Positions 57,554 to 64,000 of a stretch of DNA of 64,000 nucleotides are shown here, piece by piece (the first letter of the stretch is position 1; every line of letters starts with the position of its first letter). The DNA is taken from positions 2,208,001 to 2,272,000 of the forward strand of contig CAWHFW010000005.1 of assembly GCA_963828735.1 (NCBI GenBank), given 5' to 3'. The notes below the pieces were generated by a model that searched no databases, was not told the DNA's origin, and saw nothing but the letters and a program-made list of their open reading frames with translations. The position numbers and the translations under genes are program-made. This DNA comes from an uncultured Gemmatimonadales bacterium. GTDB lineage: Bacteria > Gemmatimonadota > Gemmatimonadetes > Gemmatimonadales > GWC2-71-9.

Positions 57554-58273
57554 AACTGACCTCAGGATGAAGGGTGGTTCTACTGCTCTACTGCATTTCG
57601 TTGCCGCGTGCTGGCTGACGTGTGCTGCGAGTGCCGGGGGCGGCTGAGGCGGCGACTGGGCTCGAGTCCCGCTCGTGGCTGCCGGCCGGCGCGACCTACG
57701 GACTGGCAGGACGGCCGGGCGGCGACGGCGGACCTCGTTCGGCCATCGCGGGGTCCCCGCGCTCGCTGCGGGATGGGGTTCTCCCTGAAGTACGCCTCGA
57801 GACAGCCCCGCGGATGGTCGCGGGATGCGCCACGGCGTCAGGGCACCGGGCTGGACTCGGGCACGAGGCAACGCTGTGAGGAGTGCGAAAACGACCAAGG
57901 GAAGGGAGCGACGAGGACCGGAAGGACAGGGGTGACGCGGTATGCCCGTTCGGATGCCACCGCCACCGCGTCGTTCCCGTGCGCCACGCGCCCTGCGAGG
58001 CGCAGGACCGCGCATCGACCGCGAGGGAATACGACATCGTGCCAACGGTGGAAGCGAACGGGAACAAGCCCATCTCACCCCTCAGCGTCGCCGCTGAACC
58101 ACGTTGTGCTCATTTAAAGAACTGCACTTGAGGAGGCGGCTCGGCACTGTGCCGCCCGAAACATTCTTCTGTTCCAAGCCCTGGAAACACTGGAGCAGTC
58201 CCGCGACAGTCGACTGTGGCACTGCGACGCGAACATCAGCCAAGTCGCCGCCTGCGGGAGGCTTAGAGGGGCC

Positions 58274-58302
58274 AGTATACATCGTGCAAAATGAACTGTC
58301 AA
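58274..58302 (-). promoter_or_regulatory. Near-consensus sigma70 promoter pointing towards xoxF
   Basis: TTGACA-N17-TATACT; the -35 box overlaps the mptG stop codon. Confidence 0.7.
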
Positions 58303-59276
58303 TCACGGTTTCCGGCATTTCGCGACCGCCAGACCCGGGCCCCGGACCCCGCGAATCCCCCCTCGAAAACCTGGCCGCCCGGTCCCGCCACCTCCGCTGC
58401 CCGCCCCGCCAGCGCCCGTCCCTCCTCCACGCTCCCGACCAGCCCATACACCGCGGGCCCCCAGGAGCTCTGCCCGACCCCCGCCGCCCCCCACTCCGCC
58501 AGGCGTCCGACCAGCGTTTCCGAGGGGCCGCGCGCGAAGGTCCCGCCTTGCTCGGGAGCGAACCACGCGCCGGTGATGCGCTGGATCTCCGTGAGCGCGG
58601 CGCCGAAGCTCGTGAGATCGGCCTCCGCCAGCGCCGGCAACAGCTGCATCAGCACCAGGTGCGCGACGCGCTCCACTTCACGCTCGGCGGGCGGCGCGAG
58701 CCGTTCGAACGCCGCGGCCTCGGCGTCGCCGCTCAAGCCAGGGGTGCCCCGAGGCACCACCACCACGCAGCGCCATGTTGCCGGAAGTGGAAAACGGGCC
58801 AGCAGCGGTGCGATGTCGCCCGCCCCCGGCCTGCGTCCACCTTCCACGATGAAGCCGCCCAGGGCGAATGTCCAGGTGCCGATCGCCGATCGGCGGCCAC
58901 GGTCCACCGCGCGCGCCAGGGCGGCGGGCTCGGTCGGGAGGCCGTAGAGCTCCGCGAGCGCGCGCGCCACGGCCAGGCCGAGCTGGGTGCCGGAGCCGAG
59001 TCCGCTGTGCGGCGGGATCGCCCGATGCACCGTCAGACGCACGCCGCCAGTGAGCTCGTGGTGGGCGAGGAATCGCTCCGCGAACGCCATGGCGCGCTCC
59101 GCCTCCGGTCCACGGGCGCTCAACCCTGTGGCCCGGACCGCCTCCAGCAACAGCGATGGCGCCGGCACTGCGGCGCCCAGTCCGCCAAAGCGCCGGCCCA
59201 GTGCCCCGCGGAGGTCGAGCACCCCGAAATGGAGCCGGGCATCCGCCTCCACGAAGACGCTACCGGTCTCGGACAT
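58299..59276 (-). CDS. mptG: Beta-ribofuranosylaminobenzene 5'-phosphate (beta-RFAP) synthase
   Basis: ARLHFG, HSGLGSGTQ, RSAIG...GGFIVEGG, GQSSWGP (GHMP-like RFAP synthase motifs). Confidence 0.92.
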   Translation of the reverse strand: MSETGSVFVEADARLHFGVLDLRGALGRRFGGLGAAVPAPSLLLEAVRATGLSARGPEAERAMAFAERFLAHHELTGGVRLTVHRAIPPHSGLGSGTQLGLAVARALAELYGLPTEPAALARAVDRGRRSAIGTWTFALGGFIVEGGRRPGAGDIAPLLARFPLPATWRCVVVVPRGTPGLSGDAEAAAFERLAPPAEREVERVAHLVLMQLLPALAEADLTSFGAALTEIQRITGAWFAPEQGGTFARGPSETLVGRLAEWGAAGVGQSSWGPAVYGLVGSVEEGRALAGRAAEVAGPGGQVFEGGFAGSGARVWRSRNAGNRD

Positions 59277-59805
59277 ACTCGGTGAGCATGGCCATCGCCT
59301 CATGCTCGCGCGGTCCGGCGGTCTTGTCCACGATGACCTGCAGGCGGGCGAACTCGGAGCGGATCTCCTCGCGCGGGATGAGGTGTGTCCGGGTCGCGAA
59401 GATGGCGGCCTCGAGCACCGCGTGGCGGGCGCGGTTGAAGCCGAGGAACTCCCGCCGGTTTCCGCGATGCACCACGCGGGTCTCGATGCGCGATCTGGGT
59501 GGCGTGTCGTCGATCGACACCACCTCGAGCTCGCGCCAGGAGCAAGCGGCCTCGAGCACCGCCCCGCGCACCACCGTCGCCGGCAGCCAGGGGAACTGGG
59601 GACTCGAAATGGCCCCCTGGGCGAACAGCATGACGTCGTCGGTGAGATTGACGACGGCCACCCGCGTCTCGCGCACGTTGCGGAACGTGGTCGTCTCGAG
59701 AAACGGCTTGATGACGATCGTCGGGTCGCCCCACTCGACGCCCATGGGGGCGAAGTTGATCGCCCCATCCGGCGCCATCGTCGTCAGGATGGACTCGATG
59801 ATCAC
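59260..59805 (-). CDS. DUF447 family protein (methanopterin-cluster associated)
   Basis: ESILTT...NFAPMG...KPF..TTTFRN, GFNRARHAVLEAAI, VDKTAG. Confidence 0.85.
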   Translation of the reverse strand: MIIESILTTMAPDGAINFAPMGVEWGDPTIVIKPFLETTTFRNVRETRVAVVNLTDDVMLFAQGAISSPQFPWLPATVVRGAVLEAACSWRELEVVSIDDTPPRSRIETRVVHRGNRREFLGFNRARHAVLEAAIFATRTHLIPREEIRSEFARLQVIVDKTAGPREHEAMAMLTEYVRDR

Positions 59806-60476
59806 CGCACGATATCCACCGGCGGTGGGGCGGAGGCGAGCGTGCTCTCTTCGGGGCCCGCGGGCACGAGCACGCAGTCGGCAGCGACGGGCACGGCGCG
59901 GGGAGTGGCCGGAACCCCGTGCAGGAAGTGATCGACCAGGCGGTAGCCGTGCTCCGTCAGCACCGATTCCGGGTGGAACTGCACCCCGTGCACCGGGTGC
60001 CGGGCGTGCTGGACGGCCATGATCTCGCCGTCCTCGGACGTCGCCAGGACCTCGAGATCGGACGGAACGGAGGCCGGCGCGATCACGAGCGAGTGGTATC
60101 GGGTCGCGCGAAACGGCGAGGGCAAGCCGTGAAAGATGCCGGCGCCGGTGTGGTGGATCATCGAGGTCTTGCCGTGCATGGGCTGACCGGCTCGAACGAT
60201 CTCGCCGCCGTAGGCGGCCCCGATGCATTGGTGTCCCAGACACACTCCCAGGATCGGTATCGTGGCGCCGAGACGGCGGACGACCTCGGTGGAAATCCCC
60301 GCCTCGGCGGGCGAGCAGGGACCCGGGGAAATGATGATGTGGGAGGGCGCCATCGCTTCCACGTCATCGACGCTCAGGGCGTCGTGCCGGAGGACCACCG
60401 GGGTTTCCCCGAGCTCACGGACGTAGCGCGCCAGGTTGTAGACGAACGAGTCGTAGTTGTCGAGCAGGAGGATCAT
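59802..60476 (-). CDS. pabA: Aminodeoxychorismate synthase glutamine amidotransferase component
   Basis: DNYDSFVYN, SPGP, GVCLGHQ, RYHSL, QFHPES. Confidence 0.92.
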   Translation of the reverse strand: MILLLDNYDSFVYNLARYVRELGETPVVLRHDALSVDDVEAMAPSHIIISPGPCSPAEAGISTEVVRRLGATIPILGVCLGHQCIGAAYGGEIVRAGQPMHGKTSMIHHTGAGIFHGLPSPFRATRYHSLVIAPASVPSDLEVLATSEDGEIMAVQHARHPVHGVQFHPESVLTEHGYRLVDHFLHGVPATPRAVPVAADCVLVPAGPEESTLASAPPPVDIVR

Positions 60477-61966
60477 GAGCCGGCCAGCGCGCCGATCAAC
60501 CCGCGCGCCTTGTCCAGAGTTTCCCGGTATTCGAGCTCGGGATCGGAATCGGCCACGATTCCGCCGCCCGCCTGGAAGTATACCCGGCCCCGAAGCGCCA
60601 GATAGGTACGGATCACGATGCTCGTATCCATCGCGCCCGTCGTCGACAGATACCCGATGGAGCCGCAGTACACGCCGCGGCGGGACGGCTCGAGCTCGGC
60701 GATGATCTCCATCGCCCGGACCTTGGGCGCGCCCGTGATTGAGCCGCCTGGAAACGCCGCGCGAAGGAGCTGAATCGCATCCGCCGACGGGTCGAGCTCG
60801 CCGACGACGGTCGACACGAGATGATGCACGGTCGGATGCGCCTCGAGCGCGAACAGCTCGGGCACGCGGACGGTCCCCGCCTTGCACACCCGCGAGAGGT
60901 CGTTCCGCAGCAGATCCACGATCATCACGTTCTCGGCCCGGTCCTTGTCGCTCTCGGCGAGGGCGCGACCGAGCGCGGCGTCGTGCATCGGGCCGAGCCC
61001 GCGGGGACGGGTGCCCTTGATGGGGCGGGTCTCGACGTGGCGCCCGTTCTCGTCCAGCCGAAGGAACCGCTCCGGCGAGGCGCTCATCACGTGGTGGCTG
61101 CCGCAGTCGAGATAGGCGGCAAACGGGGCCGGATTCCGGCGCCGGAGGCGGGTGTAGAGATCGAACGGCGCCTCGGTGAGCGGCGACTGGAAACGCTGGG
61201 AGAGGTTGGCCTGGAAGATGTCCCCGGCGACGATGTAGTCGCGGACGCGAGTGACCGCGTCGAGGTAGCCGCGGTGCGTGAACGTCGAGCGGAGTCCGAT
61301 CGGCTCCGCCCGCTCCACGCCGAGCACCGGGTAGGACGGCGCCTCCGCCTCTACGGGCGGGAGGTGCGGACGTCCGCCGGTCGCGGGCCGTCGGGCGGGA
61401 CCGCCCAACCGCTCCCGCACCATCGCCAACCGCTCGCGCGCACGGACCTCGCGCGCCACGCCGGACTCGGGCAGCCCGGTCGAGATGATCCAGGCCGTTC
61501 CGACCCGGTGGTCCCACGCGATGACCCAGTCGTACAGGCCGAGAATGACGTCGGGGATCGCGAGGTCGTCGAACCGGGGCGCCGGCAGGCGCTCGAGGGC
61601 CGCGCCGTAGTCGTATCCGATGTACCCGGCGGCGCCTCCCTGGAATGGTGGCAGGCCCGAGACGGGCGCGGCGGCGAACGGCGCCAGCAGCTCCCCCACG
61701 GTGAGCAGGGGATCCGCGTCGGTAGGTGTCCACGGGAGGCCAGGGCCACCGATCTCCGTCGTCCGCCCCTTGCTGCGCACGATCCGCGCGGGGTCGGCGG
61801 CGAGGAACGAGTAGCGGCCGAGGTGGTGAGCGTCGCCCCCGCGCGGGGCGCCCGTGGCGCTGTCGAGAAACACGAGCCACGGAAGGTCGAGGAACCGGGC
61901 GACGACCGCGATCGGGTCCCCCGTCTCGCCCAGGTTGTCTACCAGCGGGGCCGCACGATCGTCCAT
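60473..61966 (-). CDS. pabB: Aminodeoxychorismate synthase component I
   Basis: SASPERF, TRPIKGTRPR (PabB-type PIKGT), AENVMIVDLLRNDL, PGGSITGAPK. Confidence 0.92.
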   Translation of the reverse strand: MDDRAAPLVDNLGETGDPIAVVARFLDLPWLVFLDSATGAPRGGDAHHLGRYSFLAADPARIVRSKGRTTEIGGPGLPWTPTDADPLLTVGELLAPFAAAPVSGLPPFQGGAAGYIGYDYGAALERLPAPRFDDLAIPDVILGLYDWVIAWDHRVGTAWIISTGLPESGVAREVRARERLAMVRERLGGPARRPATGGRPHLPPVEAEAPSYPVLGVERAEPIGLRSTFTHRGYLDAVTRVRDYIVAGDIFQANLSQRFQSPLTEAPFDLYTRLRRRNPAPFAAYLDCGSHHVMSASPERFLRLDENGRHVETRPIKGTRPRGLGPMHDAALGRALAESDKDRAENVMIVDLLRNDLSRVCKAGTVRVPELFALEAHPTVHHLVSTVVGELDPSADAIQLLRAAFPGGSITGAPKVRAMEIIAELEPSRRGVYCGSIGYLSTTGAMDTSIVIRTYLALRGRVYFQAGGGIVADSDPELEYRETLDKARGLIGALAGS

Positions 61967-63417
61967 TAGCGCGGGCCCCGCCGAGAGGGCGCGCCCGGGC
62001 GCCGGCGACGCGGCGTGAGCTTCACGTGGTCCGAGCGCAGCTCGTCGGGCGGTGTGAGATATCCCCACTGCAGCGCGCCTTCCTGCCGGTAGGTCTTGCC
62101 CAGCGTGATGGCGAGCTTGGCGCGGGCCAGCTCCCGTCCCAGATAGAACGCGTGGGTCGCCTCGTCCACGCCGAGCTGCGCGAAGATCTCCTGGATGTCG
62201 GTGCCGCGCACGAAGATCTCGTCGTTGAAGACGGTGATCGTGGTGCGGTCGGTGAAGATGCGGAAGTTGGGATCCTTGACGGCGGCGTGGAGCTGGCGGA
62301 GCTCGGCTTCGTCGTACTCGAGGATGACCGGGTCCTTCACCGTGACCAGTCGGTCGTCCACGTTCTTGGGCAGCGTGCGCTGCCGGACGGCGTGGTACAT
62401 GAGGCGGCGGGCGACGTCGATCTCGCGCACCGCGCCCCGTGCCCACGGAATCACTTCCGTCGTGAGCACGGCGCGGACGCCGGTCTCCTGGCAGATGGCG
62501 AGCAGCAGGGCGTGGACGCCGGTCGTGTCGGCGCTGGTGAGCTCGGTGATGTTGCCGACGCCCATCAGCTGCGCCGCGTCCGGATGACGACGGTGGATTT
62601 CGGCGTACCGCTCGAGCGAGGCGGTGAAGCCGAAGCCGATCGGCTCGATGACCGGATCGATGAGGTATCCCACGCCCCACCGCTCGAGCGCCTCGAGCGT
62701 GGCGGACAGGGTATCGATCCCCTCGCCGAAGTCCGGAATCGCGACGACGCGCGCACCCGTGCCGGCAAGCGCGCGCGCGACGTCGCGGTTGGAGCCGTTG
62801 ACGCTCAACACCAGCTCGGCGCCCGCCTCGACGGCCGCGCGGATCTCTCCCGGATCGAAGCTGTCCACGCTCACCCGCATACCCGCACCGCGGAGCTCGC
62901 GCACGATGTCGGGCAGCGCGGGAAAGGGAACGCCCGGGGTGCAGCCGAGGTCGATGATGTCGGCGCCGCTCGCGGCGAAGTAGTCCGCCGCGGCCCGAAC
63001 CGCCTCGCGGGACAGCTTCGGGGCGTTGTTGATCTCGGCGAGGATTTCGATGTCGTACTCCCCGTAGCTCACCGCGGCCTGGGCGTGGCCGAAGTAGCGG
63101 GGAATCTCGCGGAGGTCCTTCGGGCCCCTTTCCACGGGGACGCCGTAGCGCTCGCGCAGAACTTCGGTGTCGCCTTCGACGAGACCCGGCAGGAGCACCA
63201 GGTCGGTGTCGGGCGGCACCTCGAGGAACCGCGCGATCCATGGCGTCGTCATGAGCGCGGCCACGGTGATCTTCATGACCGCCACCGCCGCCTCGAACGG
63301 CGGCGCCATCTCGTCCAGGACACGCCGAAGCGCCGGCTCGGCGAGCCGGCCGGTGACAAACAGGACTTTGCGGGGCGCCGCGGCTGGTGCTACCGTGGAT
63401 CCCCCGGCCGAACCCAT
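61966..63417 (-). CDS. Dihydropteroate-synthase-related methanopterin protein (Orf20-like; DUF6513/DUF4346)
   Basis: FVTGRLAE, VAALMT, GPKDLREIP, GADIIDLG, GNITELT, HAFYLGRELARA. Confidence 0.85.
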   Translation of the reverse strand: MGSAGGSTVAPAAAPRKVLFVTGRLAEPALRRVLDEMAPPFEAAVAVMKITVAALMTTPWIARFLEVPPDTDLVLLPGLVEGDTEVLRERYGVPVERGPKDLREIPRYFGHAQAAVSYGEYDIEILAEINNAPKLSREAVRAAADYFAASGADIIDLGCTPGVPFPALPDIVRELRGAGMRVSVDSFDPGEIRAAVEAGAELVLSVNGSNRDVARALAGTGARVVAIPDFGEGIDTLSATLEALERWGVGYLIDPVIEPIGFGFTASLERYAEIHRRHPDAAQLMGVGNITELTSADTTGVHALLLAICQETGVRAVLTTEVIPWARGAVREIDVARRLMYHAVRQRTLPKNVDDRLVTVKDPVILEYDEAELRQLHAAVKDPNFRIFTDRTTITVFNDEIFVRGTDIQEIFAQLGVDEATHAFYLGRELARAKLAITLGKTYRQEGALQWGYLTPPDELRSDHVKLTPRRRRPGAPSRRGPR

Positions 63418-63752
63418 TTGTTCGGCGTCCCCTCGAGCGCGCCACCCGTCGGTCGCCAGAGCGCGACCTCCTCGATCTTCCGCGCGAGCTCGAAGTCCTT
63501 GTCCGTGATCCCGCCGGCGGCGTGGTTCTGGAGCTTCACGGTCATCCGCCCCCACGTGACCGACAGGTCCGGGTGGTGGTAGGCCGCTTCCGCCAGGTAG
63601 CCGACGGCGTTCACCAGCATCAGGGTCGTGGGCCATCCGTCGGTCTTGAACACCCGTCGGATCCAGCCATCCTCGTAGTACCAGCCGGGCAGCGCCTTCA
63701 GCCGCTCGGTGATTTCTGCCTCGTCGTAGGTACGCTCTTTGGTCGCCGGCAT
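63390..63752 (-). CDS. Pterin-4a-carbinolamine dehydratase
   Basis: AEAAYHHPDL...NHAAGGITDKDFELA; SD AAGGAG. Confidence 0.92.
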   Translation of the reverse strand: MPATKERTYDEAEITERLKALPGWYYEDGWIRRVFKTDGWPTTLMLVNAVGYLAEAAYHHPDLSVTWGRMTVKLQNHAAGGITDKDFELARKIEEVALWRPTGGALEGTPNKWVRPGDPR

Positions 63753-63779
63753 CTTGCTCTCCTTGCAGTGCGATTCCGT

Positions 63780-64000
63780 TTACATCACCACGCCACCGTT
63801 CACCATGATCATCTGTCCCGTCATGAACCGGGAATCGTCCGAGGCCAGGAAGACGGCTGCGCCGACGAGATCCTCTGGCCGGCCCCAGCGTCGGAGCGGC
63901 GTTCGCTCCGCGACGTCCCGGTGCCAGTCCTGGTCCGCCTGTTCGCCGAAGGCGGTCTCGATGAAGCCCGGCGCGAGGATGTTCACCCGGATCGCCGGCG
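63780..64000 (-). CDS. SDR family oxidoreductase, 3' part (truncated by the window edge)
   Basis: IRVNILAPGFIET...PLRRWGRPED...FLAS...TGQMIMVNGG. Confidence 0.88.
   Translation of the reverse strand, partial: PAIRVNILAPGFIETAFGEQADQDWHRDVAERTPLRRWGRPEDLVGAAVFLASDDSRFMTGQMIMVNGGVVM

Noticed and set aside
58028..58045. Possible sigma54 promoter TTGGCACG upstream of xoxF
   Set aside because: No GC at the -12 position with the required GG-N10-GC spacing
55670..58078. 802-aa version of xoxF
   Set aside because: The first 175 residues are low-complexity; ATG 57553 follows GAGGT and begins a typical signal peptide
57554..58298. PqqA precursor peptide in the xoxF leader
   Set aside because: No short ORF with the W-x-x-P...E-x-x-x-Y pattern was seen on reading by eye
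59802..63445. Apparent giant fusion ORFs (59802-61880, 60473-63445)
   Set aside because: Their upstream parts are off-frame read-through of neighbouring genes; real starts are at 60476 and 61966
1..64000. tRNA, rRNA, IS elements, integrases, prophage or CRISPR
   Set aside because: None recognisable by eye; a covariance-model scan would be needed to exclude small RNAs

Overview
GC-rich (~70%, by eye) bacterial chromosomal window, densely coding, with no rRNA, tRNA, CRISPR array or recognisable mobile element. Gene content suggests a soil Gemmatimonadota-like organism (inference). The left 50 kb holds housekeeping and accessory genes: flavoenzymes, a CHAT/TPR protein, SulP, two ECF sigma modules, a prephenate dehydratase-DAHP synthase fusion, FabH, MacAB-TolC-type efflux, cardiolipin synthase, a UvrD-exonuclease fusion, PfkA and a prolyl oligopeptidase. 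The right 13 kb (50.9-64 kb, minus strand) is a C1/methylotrophy island: methanopterin-type cofactor genes, then a ~715 nt leader, a lanthanide-type XoxF, XoxJ, a cytochrome c, a pentapeptide protein, a YVTN beta-propeller and two tandem exported paralogues with a JAB/MPN (JAMM)-like metal motif. Elements missed by the ORF track: an Rdx-family selenoprotein (CxxU plus SECIS hairpin, 46921-47148), a WFYFYF leader-peptide attenuator upstream of pheA-aroF (20435-20524), a single-base frameshift in an OmpA/TSP3 gene, a heptamer repeat tract and probable CTG start codons. All family names come from motif recognition by eye, not database searches.
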